Source: Ilumatobacteraceae bacterium | GTDB lineage: Bacteria; Actinomycetota; Acidimicrobiia; Acidimicrobiales; Ilumatobacteraceae | Length of the DNA: 64,000 nt | Direction of reading: 5' to 3' | Assembly (NCBI GenBank): GCA_963850475.1 | Contig: CAWKLM010000010.1 | Location: forward strand, 90,946 to 154,945 | Program-made: the position numbers and the translations under genes | Shown: one piece after another, positions 10,035-20,679 of the stretch | How positions within the stretch are numbered: position 1 is the first letter of the stretch | Layout: each line of letters begins with the position of its first letter | Notes under the pieces: model-generated | Databases searched by the model: none | What the model was told of the DNA's origin: nothing | The model's input: only the letters and a program-made list of their open reading frames with translations

Positions 10035-11459
10035 TCACTCGTCGGCGAGCACGCTGTTGATGACCTGAAGCCACCGCTCGAGGTGGGTGTCGCCGAGATG
10101 GGTCTCCAGCGCTCGAGCGCGCCCTCCTGCACCGAGGTGCCGCCGTAGATCGTCATCGTCGAGGAGCTCGCAGATGGCAGAACCGAACTCCTCGAGGTCG
10201 GTCGGATCCGCGATCAACCGCCCCGTCTCGCCATCGATGACCTGGTCGACGATTCCGCCCACCGCGCTCGCCACGACCGCGGTCCCCTTCAGCATCGCCT
10301 CGGCGACGGTCAGACCGAACCCCTCGGCGATGCTCTTCTGGGTGACGATCGTGGCGTGACGCTGCAACGCGTTGACGATCGCGGCGTTCTCCTCGAGGTC
10401 GTGCATCGGCAGGCAGACCAGCTGGACGCGCCGCCGGATTGCGTGCGGGAGCCCACGCCAATGATTCCAGCACTCCTGGAGGACGAGTGCACCCTCGGGG
10501 TCGTCGGCCACGGCGGACACGACCGGGCCGGCGAGCACCAACTCGGCGTCTCGGCCTGAGTCCACGTAGGTCGCGAACGCGTCCATCACGCCGACCATGT
10601 CCTTCATCACGTCCCAGCGCGAGACCTGGACGACCATGGGCGTGTCCGGCGCGGTTGGCGGCCCCGTGCGCACGATGTCGCACATCCGCTCGACGCGGCC
10701 CGGCGAACCGTCGGTGTGGAGGAAGGTCGTGTCGCCCTCCCGGCCGGCGATCAGTCCGACGCGGGTGAGGATCGCCTCGACGGTCTCGGGCGACATGTCC
10801 TGGTTCTTGGGTGAGAACGGGTCGATCGACGGCCAGATGGTCGTGTAGCGATCCTCGGGCACCCAGTCGGGAAGGAATTGGCGGTCGGTGAAGACGTAGT
10901 GGTCGACGAACGGCTCGAGGTACGGGCGAAGGAACTCCCAGCCCTCTCGGCTGGCGTCGTTCTGCTCCTCGATGCCGACGTGGCACCGCCACACGACGTG
11001 ACAGCCGAGCCTCTTGGCATGTTCCGCCAGCCCGGCGGGCTGAGGGTCGTGGATGATGACGATGTCGCCGGGGCGCACATACGACGCCAGCGCATCGCGT
11101 TCGGGGACGAGCGTGGCTTCGTACACCTCGTGCTCGTGCGGCCCGAGCGGGCCTCCGTCACCGGCCGTTCCGTACAGGTGGTTGTGGATCCGTTTCGTGA
11201 TGTCGAAGAACTCCGGCTCGCCTCCGATGACGAGCCAGGAGGTGTCGATGCCGACGCCGCGTACGTAGCCGAGCAGGACGTGGAGCATCTCGGCGACGCC
11301 ACCGCCTGCGGCGGTCGAGTTGATGTTGACCACCGCACGCCCGCGCAATCGTTCGAGCGCCTCGGCACCGACGACCAGCGTCAAGTCGTCGGCGCGCTCG
11401 ACGCCGACCACGTGTTCGAAGCTCTGCGGGTTGCGGGTGCGGACCTGAACGGTTTCCAT
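10035..11459 (-). CDS. treT: GT4 glycosyltransferase, trehalose synthase TreT-like
   Basis: INSTAAGGGVAEML, IHDPQPAGL, VWRCH, QVSRWD..KD, QKSIAEGFGLTVAEAMLKG. Confidence 0.8.
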   Translation of the reverse strand: METVQVRTRNPQSFEHVVGVERADDLTLVVGAEALERLRGRAVVNINSTAAGGGVAEMLHVLLGYVRGVGIDTSWLVIGGEPEFFDITKRIHNHLYGTAGDGGPLGPHEHEVYEATLVPERDALASYVRPGDIVIIHDPQPAGLAEHAKRLGCHVVWRCHVGIEEQNDASREGWEFLRPYLEPFVDHYVFTDRQFLPDWVPEDRYTTIWPSIDPFSPKNQDMSPETVEAILTRVGLIAGREGDTTFLHTDGSPGRVERMCDIVRTGPPTAPDTPMVVQVSRWDVMKDMVGVMDAFATYVDSGRDAELVLAGPVVSAVADDPEGALVLQECWNHWRGLPHAIRRRVQLVCLPMHDLEENAAIVNALQRHATIVTQKSIAEGFGLTVAEAMLKGTAVVASAVGGIVDQVIDGETGRLIADPTDLEEFGSAICELLDDDDLRRHLGAGGRARALETHLGDTHLERWLQVINSVLADE

Positions 11460-11590
11460 CACCCGATTCTTACCGGTTTCAAAGGGCGCAGCGACCACCG
11501 GACGGCCAGGGTGCTCGCGGCGGCTGACGTTTCGCTGACCCCACCCCTTCACGCTGGGCATCACGCCCATCGAACGAACAGGTGATCAGC

Positions 11591-13846
11591 ATGAACCATC
11601 AACCTTCTCTCAAGCGAGCGACCTTGGCGACCGCTCTCGGCGCTGCACTCCTCGTAGCGCCGACCTCCGACGCCGTGGCCGCACCCGGTGCCGTCGATCC
11701 GGATCCAAATTGTGCAACGACGTCACTCGCGGCCGAGGCCGACGTCGCGCAGAACGCCGCACTGGGATTCCCGTTGCCGTTCCTCGGCGACACCTACGAT
11801 TCGGTGTTCGTCCACGAGGACGGATTCGTCACGCTCGGAGCCGCCGGTCCACTGCTCGGACTCCCCGACGCGCCGCTCGTCGACCTCGGGCTGCCCGTCA
11901 TCGCTCCGCTGCGTGTCAACGGCGACCGGATCCTGCCGGAAAGCGAGGTCACCTTCGGCCAGACCAGTTTCGACGGCCGGCCGGCGTTCTGCGTGAACTG
12001 GTCGGACCTCACCCAACCTCCGGAGACCGATGCGTTCGGGGTCCCGGGCCCCGGGCCGTTCCCCGGTGATCCGACGAACCTGCTCCAACTGCTCATCGTC
12101 GACCGCTCGGACGTCGCGGCGGGGAACATCGACATGATCTTCAACTACGAGTACATCAACTGGGCCGAAGAACTCCAGTACGCGTCCGATCCGATCCCGG
12201 CGCGTGCCGGTTGGTCGAACGGCAATCCGTTGACGCCCGACACCAGCTTCGAGCTCCCGGGGTCCGGCGAACCCGGAGGTTTGTCCGACTTCTCGAACGG
12301 GCCGGGCGTCACCAGCACGGGCTCGCCGATTGCCGGCAGACATGTCTTCTCGTTCGGCGAGCCTCCTCAGCAGACGACGATCAATGGCACGGTCCGGACC
12401 GCGTTCGACGGATTGCCCGTGCCGGGTGGTCCCGTCACGATCTGCACGCCGGCGGGACAACCGTGCACGGTCGAGTACACCGACCCCGCCGGGCAGTACG
12501 CGATCGACGTGGCCGACGGCGACTACTCCGTGACGGCGTTCGGCCCCGAGAACACCCAGTTGCTCGCGGAGACCACCGAGCCGGTGACCGTGTCCGGAGC
12601 GAATGAAACCGTCGACTTCGCGCTCGGCACCCTACGAACCGGCACCGGCGCGACGCTCAGCCCAGCGATCAATCCCGGCCAGATCTTCTGGGGGACCGAG
12701 ACCGAACTCCGCGTCCCGACCTGCCCGGGCGCCGCGGCCTACTACACCGTCGAGCTGCACGGGAACGTGATCGACGAGGGGTTCATGGTCGAGGACCCGG
12801 TGGGGAGCGGCTCGATGGTGGCCTCGATTCCGGCGCTCTTCCCGAACCATGGCAACGGTGTCATCTCGATCCTCATCGGATGCCCGGATGGCTCCGATGA
12901 GCAGGTCCTGGTCGACCTCTACATCGATCCGAGCGGGACAGTGATCGACGAGGTGACGGGGCTTCCCGTCGCCGGCGCCACGACGACGCTGTACCGGAGC
13001 GACGACCCCACAGGTCCGTTCGAGGTGGTCCCCGACGGCAGCGCCGTGATGTCGCCGTTCAACCGGACCAACCCTGACCTGACCTCGGCGGATGGTCTGT
13101 TCGGCTGGGACGTGATCGCCGGCTTCTACGTCGTGCGTGCGGCGGCCCCGAGCTGCGTGGCCCCGGGCAATCCGTCACAGGCGTACATCGAAACCGACGT
13201 GCTCCCGGTCGAGCCCGAGTGGCTCGGCCTCGAACTGTTCCTGGGATGCGCGCCGACTCTGTCGGTGCCCGCCGACCTCGCCGTCTCGACCACGGACTCC
13301 TCCGGGGCCGCCGTCGAGTTCAGCGTGACCGCCAACGACGACGCCGACGGGCCGCTCACACCCTCGTGTGATGCCACCTCGGGCGATCGGTTCCCCGTGG
13401 GGGGAACGACGATCACGTGTACGGTCACCGACGCGGGTGGCTTCGTCGATACGGCCTCGTTCGATGTCACCGTCAGCCTCGACGACCCCGGTGAGCCGGC
13501 GTGCACCATCGAGGGCGACGGTCGAGGCAACGTCCTCGTCGGCACCTCGGGCGATGACGTGATCTGCGGCAACGGTGGGAACGACCTCATCATCGCCGGG
13601 CGAGGCGACGACATCGTGCGGGGCGGCGACGGTCGCGACGTCATCCTCGGTGGTCGCGGCGACGACGAGTTGCACGGCGAAGACGGACGAGATCTGGTCG
13701 TCGACCACCGGGGCGACAACTCGCTGTTCGGCGGCTTCGGCAACGACATCCTCCTGGCAGGGCGCGGCGACGACATCGTCGACGGCGGACCCGACCGCGA
13801 CCGGTGCCGCGCCGGCTCCGGCAACAACACGGTCGTCAGCTGCTGA
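11591..13846 (+). CDS. Secreted protein: nidogen-like (NIDO), carboxypeptidase-regulatory-like, HYR and RTX Ca-binding repeats
   Basis: Signal peptide; GFPLPFLGDTYDSVFVHEDGFVTL..IFNYEYINW; YIDPSGTV; FPVGGTTITCTVTD; GGxGxDxI nonamers. Confidence 0.8.
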   Translation: MNHQPSLKRATLATALGAALLVAPTSDAVAAPGAVDPDPNCATTSLAAEADVAQNAALGFPLPFLGDTYDSVFVHEDGFVTLGAAGPLLGLPDAPLVDLGLPVIAPLRVNGDRILPESEVTFGQTSFDGRPAFCVNWSDLTQPPETDAFGVPGPGPFPGDPTNLLQLLIVDRSDVAAGNIDMIFNYEYINWAEELQYASDPIPARAGWSNGNPLTPDTSFELPGSGEPGGLSDFSNGPGVTSTGSPIAGRHVFSFGEPPQQTTINGTVRTAFDGLPVPGGPVTICTPAGQPCTVEYTDPAGQYAIDVADGDYSVTAFGPENTQLLAETTEPVTVSGANETVDFALGTLRTGTGATLSPAINPGQIFWGTETELRVPTCPGAAAYYTVELHGNVIDEGFMVEDPVGSGSMVASIPALFPNHGNGVISILIGCPDGSDEQVLVDLYIDPSGTVIDEVTGLPVAGATTTLYRSDDPTGPFEVVPDGSAVMSPFNRTNPDLTSADGLFGWDVIAGFYVVRAAAPSCVAPGNPSQAYIETDVLPVEPEWLGLELFLGCAPTLSVPADLAVSTTDSSGAAVEFSVTANDDADGPLTPSCDATSGDRFPVGGTTITCTVTDAGGFVDTASFDVTVSLDDPGEPACTIEGDGRGNVLVGTSGDDVICGNGGNDLIIAGRGDDIVRGGDGRDVILGGRGDDELHGEDGRDLVVDHRGDNSLFGGFGNDILLAGRGDDIVDGGPDRDRCRAGSGNNTVVSC

Positions 13847-13879
13847 CGGGTCGATGACGGGCGCGAGGCGCCTCGCCGG

Positions 13880-14349
13880 TCAGCCCCGACCGACGAGGCG
13901 CCAGTTCGCGCGGACGTCGACCTCGCGATCGGATCGACGGGCCTGCAGGATGCCGATTGCCTCGGCGAGCAGGGCGGAGCGTTCGGGGTCTCCCATACAC
14001 GCCTCGATCGCGCACGACAGGGCCTCGGACATCCGGTTGTAGTCGTCACACATCGACTCGCAGCGCGAGCGATCCGCCAGCCTCGTGGCGCGCCGCCTGC
14101 AACGCCGCCGCGGTCGGTTCGTCGTGGACGACATCCACGACCCGTCCGACGAAGTCGTCGATCTCGGCGATCTCCTCGGCCATCCACGCGACCTCGTTGT
14201 CGGCGCGCACTGCGCACTGTTCGAGGATGATGTCGATCTGCTCGAGCGCGACCTGCGCGGTCGCGCTCGTGCACCTCCGGCACGATCGTCTCGACCAGCT
14301 CGTGCCGGACGTCGCGAAGAAGCTGGCTGGTGGTCGGACGGACGATCAT
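13880..14349 (-). CDS. Helical hypothetical protein coupled to the phosphotransferase (frameshifted)
   Basis: ATGA overlap with upstream stop; MIVRPTTSQLLRDVRHELVETIVPEV ... ANWRLVGRG. Confidence 0.6.
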
Positions 14350-15402
14350 GACGTGCCTCCCTGGGCATCGAGGACGGCTTGCAGGCCGGCGATGGCCGCG
14401 AGGTTCTGTTCGTGGCCGTAACACAGCGATCCGACCTGAAGGGCGGTCATCACCCCGGAGTTCTCACCCATCGCGAACCGGTCGAGCTGCTCGTTGATCG
14501 TCGCTCCGATCTTGATGCCGGCGAGGATCGTGAAGTAGCCGACCGTCCACTGGTTGACCTCGGCCTCGCCGAACCCGGTGGCGTCGCGGTAGGCGGCAAG
14601 GAACGGCTCGGGATCGTGGGTGTACAGGTTCGGTCCCGCCGCCGACGAGTAGATGTTGTACCAGCCGAGGTCCTCGCGCGGGTCGCCGATCGAGGCGAAC
14701 TCCCAGTCGACGATCAGGTACTCGTCATCTGGGTCGATCATGACGTTCGGCGCCTGCGGGTCGCCGTGGGTGAGGCGCAACGGAAGCGGCGACGGCTTGT
14801 TCGCCGCGAGCCAGGCTGCGATGTAGCGCGAGACCGGATCGCTGTTGACGCTGCGGGTCTCGACGGTCCGCCACATCTCGATGAGCCCGTCGATGTGCTC
14901 GTCCCAACTCGTCGGGTGCGGCATCTCGGCGGGGAGTTGATCGGGGGTGATGGCGTGGACGCTGCCCCACAGCCGGGCCAGCCGCGTCGGGTGATCGCCG
15001 TAGTCGTCGATGTCGTCGAGCAGCGACTGCAGCGAGCCGCCGGCGACATGGTCCATCACGATCGCCTTGGTGCCGAGATGCTCGCCGGTCGAGTCGTAGT
15101 GACGTGCGGGCGGGATCGGGATCGCACCGAGCGCGGTGAGCGCTTCGAGCACCATCCACTCGTGATCGCGATCGGTTTCGATCATCGCGTGACCCGGCAG
15201 GCGGGTCGCCACGCAACACGATCGTCTCCTCGAGTGTCACCTCACCGGCTCGATAGCGGATCCGTGCGCTCGCCATCGAGCGGCTGTACCCGCCGGCCAT
15301 CGGTTCGTACGCGACGACCTCGATCTCGTCGATGTCGTCGCGGTGGAGGCCCAGGAACGCGGCCACTCGCTCGGGCATCAGTTCTCGTTCGTGCACATCC
15401 AA
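14346..15402 (-). CDS. APH/choline-kinase-like phosphotransferase (frameshift ~15200)
   Basis: MAGGYSR, IVLRGDPP, LTHGDPQAPNVMI, IVDWEFASIGDPREDLGW. Confidence 0.85.
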
Positions 15403-15492
15403 CCCCCGTCTCGATGTGTGGACGAGAGTACTCCCGGCACCCAACCGGCGTTGCGCTGAAGCGACCGCGCGAGGTGCACGACGCGGTCGGAG

Positions 15493-15750
15493 TCAGACGC
15501 CTTCGGCGGCGGCGATGCTCACACGGGGGTCGCGATTCGGATCATCGAGATCCGACAGCGCGACATGGAAGGCGTTGAGCGCCTGCATGCGACCATCGTC
15601 GCTCAACTCCGCCTCCATGATCCGGGTCACCGAGGAGATGACGTCGCGGCGCTCGGTCACGATCTGGTGGGCCAGTTGCTGCACCTCGGGCAATTCCTCC
15701 AACGGGGTGCTTCCATCGGACCACTTCGAAACCGGTTGCTTCTTCGCCAT
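15493..15750 (-). CDS. Hypothetical protein (85 aa)
   Basis: MAKKQPVSKWSDG...; protein-like composition, GAG upstream. Confidence 0.6.
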   Translation of the reverse strand: MAKKQPVSKWSDGSTPLEELPEVQQLAHQIVTERRDVISSVTRIMEAELSDDGRMQALNAFHVALSDLDDPNRDPRVSIAAAEGV

Positions 15751-15907
15751 CGACCACTCGTTCTGATGTTGGGATGTACCGGGACGCGGCACACCCCGAC
15801 CGTGCCACACCCGAGAGCCGAACCCACCGATTCCTGGAGTTGTCGCCAGACTGCAACGTTGACCCGACGCGATTCGTGAGCGGCGACGCCCGGATTAACG
15901 TCAATGG

Positions 15908-16408
15908 ATGACCTTCGAACTGACCGCCGAAGAGGTTCATCGCGTTCGCCGCCTGCTGACCGAGGACGACCTCCGCAAGCTCAAAGTCCTCTACTCCCAG
16001 CTGATGGACGCCGGGCGCGTCGACGAGCTGGCCGACTTGTTCACCCATAACGCGATCTGCGTCTTCGGGAGCTTCGGCGAGTGGCACGGCCGAGAGGAGA
16101 TCCGTGCGAATCTCGCCGCTGTCGACCGCGAGCATCACGGCAACACTCCGTTCCACGCGATGCATGCGACCACCGACCACTGGGTGGAGATCACCGGGCC
16201 CGACACCGCCATCGGTCGCTCGTACCTGATCGACCTCGTCACGGCCACGCCAACCGACGGCCAACCCATCGTGATACTCGGAACCTACGACGAGACGTAC
16301 CGCCACGTCGATGACCGCTGGCTCATCGAACGATGTGTGCTCCAGTTCCTCTGGCCGGACAAACAGGTGTCGGACGACTTCACCGACGCCATGCACGTCG
16401 AGAGGTGA
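15908..16408 (+). CDS. SnoaL-like (NTF2) protein
   Basis: LKVLYSQLMD, LFTHNA, GREEI, GTYDETYRHVDDRWLI. Confidence 0.85.
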   Translation: MTFELTAEEVHRVRRLLTEDDLRKLKVLYSQLMDAGRVDELADLFTHNAICVFGSFGEWHGREEIRANLAAVDREHHGNTPFHAMHATTDHWVEITGPDTAIGRSYLIDLVTATPTDGQPIVILGTYDETYRHVDDRWLIERCVLQFLWPDKQVSDDFTDAMHVER

Positions 16409-16521
16409 GGCTGACCCCGACATCGCCCTCGACCTGCAGGGACTCGATCGTGGTGAACGAGGGCGCCACCCAGGACTCGACGTTGTCGTCGTTTCCCACC
16501 TGACGGTCCCCAGCGAACCTG

Positions 16522-17424
16522 CTATTGCCCCTGCCTCCCTCGGGCCGATTTCTCGCGATGCGGGACGACGATCGTCGGAACGGTCGGATGATGGACCAGC
16601 GCAGTGGACACCGACCCGAGCAACAAGTTCTCCAGCACTCCGTGGCCGCGGGAACCGACGACGAGGAGGTCGGCATCATCGCTCGCCGTGCGGAGCGCAG
16701 CACGCGGGTCCCCGGGCACGACCCGCAACTTCACCGCAGGATGCACGTCGAGATCGCTCAGTACTGCCGCCACACCATCCTGGAGCTCCTGGCGAACTCT
16801 GGATTCCGAAACCGCGGGCGGCGGCGACAGTGGATCACCCACGACCGTTTCACTGATGAACGCCCGCACCGCGACCACCTCGGCGGAGCGACGAAGGTGG
16901 GTGAGCGTCCATCGCAGCGCGTCCTGCGCACGGAGCGATCCGTCGAACCCGACGGCGACGCGGAGCTGCTCACGGACTGGTCGCCGCTCTGGCGGGATCA
17001 GGGCGATGGGGACAGTCGTGTGTCGTGCGCAGTAGGCACCGACCGATCCGACCGAGAGGTCGAGTCGGGAGCTCCATCCCCGTGTCCCGACGACGAGCAG
17101 TTCTGATCCCGCGGCCGCCTTGACCAGACATGGACCGGCCCGGTGCTCGATCACCTCGCCGTCGTCCGCGAGTGACGGGGCATACTCCTGCAGAAACTCC
17201 TCGAGGCGCAGAGCCGCCCCACTGCGATAGGGCTCCCCGCTGCCATCGGACCCTCCTGTCGTTCCGAATCCGCGCTCCAGCGGGCCGCTCAAGAATGCCA
17301 TCACGGGCTTGACCCTCCCGAGGTGGCCCGCATGATCGACTGCCCACTGCAACGCGGCGACTGAGCCGACGGAGCCGTCGACGCCGACGACCACTGTTCG
17401 TTCTTCCCTCGATGAGTCCGTCAT
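16522..17424 (-). CDS. Universal stress protein, tandem USP domains
   Basis: VVVGVDGS..ALQWA, LLVVGTRG; VAVGFDGS, LLVVGSRGHG..LLGSVS. Confidence 0.9.
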   Translation of the reverse strand: MTDSSREERTVVVGVDGSVGSVAALQWAVDHAGHLGRVKPVMAFLSGPLERGFGTTGGSDGSGEPYRSGAALRLEEFLQEYAPSLADDGEVIEHRAGPCLVKAAAGSELLVVGTRGWSSRLDLSVGSVGAYCARHTTVPIALIPPERRPVREQLRVAVGFDGSLRAQDALRWTLTHLRRSAEVVAVRAFISETVVGDPLSPPPAVSESRVRQELQDGVAAVLSDLDVHPAVKLRVVPGDPRAALRTASDDADLLVVGSRGHGVLENLLLGSVSTALVHHPTVPTIVVPHREKSARGRQGQ

Positions 17425-17658
17425 GACGTCAACTCTGACGGATCGCGACCTCGTTCGTCAGAGGACTAGGTCCGCGGGCACAAGCCGGCGACGACCAGAT
17501 CCTCTTGAACGCCCACCCTCGTGCGTCGACGATGGAATCTCCGATCGGAGGTCGTCGTGCGTCACCAAACCGCGGTTTCAGTGATCGTGATCGTTGTCAT
17601 CACGGCCCTTGCGGACGGCCGGTGATCGGCGAAGACCGCGACTCCACCCATCGGGCGA

Positions 17659-18130
17659 TGACTCCGACCGCCGAGCAATTCGCAATGGACTCGACCCGCG
17701 ACATCCCGGGCGGGTTCGAGGTGCTCGGCCGTTCCGGAATCGACGGAATCGAGGTCGTCGTCGATGGCGACGCGATCACGATCCGCTTCGGCAAGCTCCG
17801 AGGGCAGCCCGGTGATCACGATCAAGTCATCCGACGATCGAGAACGAGGCCCCGCCATATCGTGCCAACGCGAGCGAGATGTGCCTGCTGTTGACATCTG
17901 GCGTCGATCCTGTCGGCGGCTACGAGGATGCGAACAACCCCGCGCTCGATGAGAACCCGATCGCCATGATCGAGGCAACGGCAACCTCGATCGGCTTCAC
18001 TCTCGACGCCGACCGAACGGTCGAGACGACACGCACTCCGGGGTGGTGGGACGCGCAACCCGGTCCGCGGCCGGCGCGTCCCCAGGACTTCAGGCTCTGG
18101 CGACGGCGGCGCACCGGCGAGATGATGGTC
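17659..18130 (+). other. Possible frameshifted hypothetical gene
   Basis: Protein-like MTPTAEQFAMD..IEVVVDGDAITIRFG, then in another frame EMCLLLTSG..TPGWWD; no clean stop. Confidence 0.3.
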
Positions 18131-18132
18131 GA

Positions 18133-19060
18133 ATGGTGGACGAACCCGTCGACTGGCTGCTTCGTGGCGATCCGGCAATCCGGTGGCAAACCAAACGCGA
18201 CCTCCTCGACGCGTCGACCGACGAGGTGGAGGCCGAACGTGCGCTCGTCGCCACGAGCGGATGGGGTGAGCGGTTGCTCGCCCTCCAAGACCCGTCGGGG
18301 ACGTGGGCCGGCGACCTCTACGGTCCCAAGTGGACCTCGACCACCTACACGCTGTTGTTGTTGCGACACTGCGGCCTCGCGCAGGACAACCCGAACGCAC
18401 GCCGCGGGGTCGAACGGCTGTGGGAGGGCGCCCGCTACTTCGATGGCGGCCTCACCGCAGCCGTCTCGATCGATGCGCCCGAAGCGTGCATCACCTCGAT
18501 GTACATCGCGCTCGCCCGCTACTTCGGCTGTCCGCATCCACACGCCGACGAAGCCGAGCAGTGGTTGTTGGCCAACCAACTCGACGACGGCGGATGGAAC
18601 TGCCGCAACGTCCGATTCGGAGATCGCCACAGTTCGTTCCACACCTCGATCCTGGCGCTCGAAGCACTCGCCGAAATCGAGCGCGACGAACCGCACCGAC
18701 CCGAGATCGCCGCCGCGCTCGCCCGCGGTCGCGAGTTCTTCCTCGTCCACCGGCTCTACAGATCACACCGCACCGGGGAGGTCGTCAATCCTGCCTTCAC
18801 CCGCCTGTCGTTTCCTCCTCGCTGGCACTACGACATCCTCAGAGGCCTCGACCACTTCGCCACAACCGGGGCACCCTGGGACGACCGCTTTCGCGACGCG
18901 CGTCGAATCGCTCACCGGACGCCGACGCCCCGACGGCACGTGGCCGATGCAGAACAAGCACGCCGGCAAGGTGTGGTTCGACATGGAACGGTCGGGAGGA
19001 TCCAGCCGCTGGAACACCCTCCGCGGACTGCGGGTCATCCGCTGGGCGGCGCGGCTGAGC
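18133..19060 (+). CDS. Prenyltransferase/terpene-cyclase-like alpha-alpha toroid protein of unknown function (frameshift ~18900; 3' end uncertain)
   Basis: DWLLRGDPAIRWQ, QDPSGTW, QLDDGGWNC, FPPRWHYDILRGLD, SRWNTLRGLRV. Confidence 0.7.
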
Positions 19061-19268
19061 GCACTTCCTCACCTCCGCCCCGTCAGAGACCGCCGCAGAC
19101 CCCAGGGCCGCCGCGTGTACGAAGGTGCTACGTTCGAGTTGCTCGATCGGTCCCCGATCGTGCTCAACCTCGGGTGGACGGTTTCGATGAGGCGAGCGCC
19201 GGCGCGGCTCATCGATGGGCTCTTCCCGATCGACAGTCAGGAGCGCCATGTTCCAAGCACCGAATGCC

Positions 19269-20459
19269 ATGAGCAGGGCCGAGCGCTCTCCCGTCAAGTC
19301 GCGCAAGCGGGGTCGCCGATCTCTCGTCGCGATCGCCGCCGTATTGCTCGTGGGTGCTTCCGCCTGCGGCAGCGACGCGGACGAGCAATCGGCACCGGCC
19401 ACGGATGCCCCTGCCGATGCCCCTCCGCCGCCGAGGAACGACAGCGCCGCGATCGATCGAATCAAGGACCGAGCCACCGATCGGCTCACGGAGCAAGCCC
19501 CGGAGCAACCCGTCGAAGAGGGCGCGGGCGACTTCGAGGAGGACTACGTCGCAGGCGTCTATGAGGAGATCCGGTTCGCGCCCGGATCCAACGGGACGAC
19601 GATCTCCGGGGCCTTGCAGCCCGGGTCCGTGGACTCGTACTACTTCGGGGCAAGCGGTGGACAGCTGTTGTCGGCCGCTCTGCTGTCGAGCGACGGCTGG
19701 ATGGCTCTCTACGATCCGGACTTCGAGTTCATCGACGAGGGCACAGACATCCGAATCGACAGCCTGCCCGTCACCGGCGAATACACGATCGACGTGTTCT
19801 CGGAGTCTGGAGCGTCGATCGATTACGACCTCGTCCTCGAGATCACGGGTACCGGAGGTGGCTCGGCATCGCCTGCCGAGTGCCCGACCTACACCGATTT
19901 CGAAACCGCGACGTCGACTGACTATCCGATGCGACTCTGTCAGCAGGGCAACGCGGTGCGGGACGTGCAGCTCGCGCTCAACGCTCTGGGCTACGACATC
20001 GTCGCCGACGGCTTCTTCGGGCCGAGCACGGCCGATGCCGTTGGCGACTGGCGCGGTGACGGTGTCGGTGAGCTGGAGCCGGCCGACCTCGAAGCGTTGG
20101 TGTACTTCGACGAGGGAGATCCCGGTCTTGACCCGAACGCTGCGCCGATCGGGCAGCTTTCGCCTCCCAGCGAGCGGGGCTACTTCACCACGATCCGCAA
20201 CCAGGAGGTGTTCGAGCCGATCGACCTCATGGCGGGTGACCACATCCGAATCGATGTGTGGGACGACGGCGACGGAACCGATCCGTATGCCGGGTTGTGG
20301 GACCCCTTCGGGAACTTCGTCATCGAAAACGACGATGTGAGCCCCGGCGACCTCGCTGCCGGTTTCGACGTGACCGTCTCGGCAACGGGCACCTACGAAC
20401 TCCTCATCGGTTCAATCGGGGGGTCGGGCACGGTCGAGGTGAGCATCATCATCAACTGA
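19269..20459 (+). CDS. Lipoprotein with PPC-like domains and a peptidoglycan-binding domain
   Basis: LLVGASAC lipobox; GNAVRDVQLALNALGYDIVADGFFGPSTADAV; DPYAGLWDPFG..ENDD. Confidence 0.75.
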   Translation: MSRAERSPVKSRKRGRRSLVAIAAVLLVGASACGSDADEQSAPATDAPADAPPPPRNDSAAIDRIKDRATDRLTEQAPEQPVEEGAGDFEEDYVAGVYEEIRFAPGSNGTTISGALQPGSVDSYYFGASGGQLLSAALLSSDGWMALYDPDFEFIDEGTDIRIDSLPVTGEYTIDVFSESGASIDYDLVLEITGTGGGSASPAECPTYTDFETATSTDYPMRLCQQGNAVRDVQLALNALGYDIVADGFFGPSTADAVGDWRGDGVGELEPADLEALVYFDEGDPGLDPNAAPIGQLSPPSERGYFTTIRNQEVFEPIDLMAGDHIRIDVWDDGDGTDPYAGLWDPFGNFVIENDDVSPGDLAAGFDVTVSATGTYELLIGSIGGSGTVEVSIIIN

Positions 20460-20679
20460 TCGGTACTCGCCGTGTCCGGCAGGCCGGTCGACGCAGCGGT
20501 TGTCGACGTACTCGTCGGTGATCTCGTCGCCGCGGGCCCGGGTCAACCGCCGTCGCGGACCGAGCCGGGTGTTCGCCCGCTGACAAGCACGGGCTCGGGC
20601 CCTAAGATCGTCGCCTCATGATCGTTTCGATTGATTCGTCGACGCCGTTGCCGAGCCAGCCCCACACGGAGGTGTTCGC

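Noticed and set aside
17463-17473. DosR-like box GGACTAGGTCC upstream of the USP gene
   Set aside because: Short, and spacing one base off the consensus I recall; too weak
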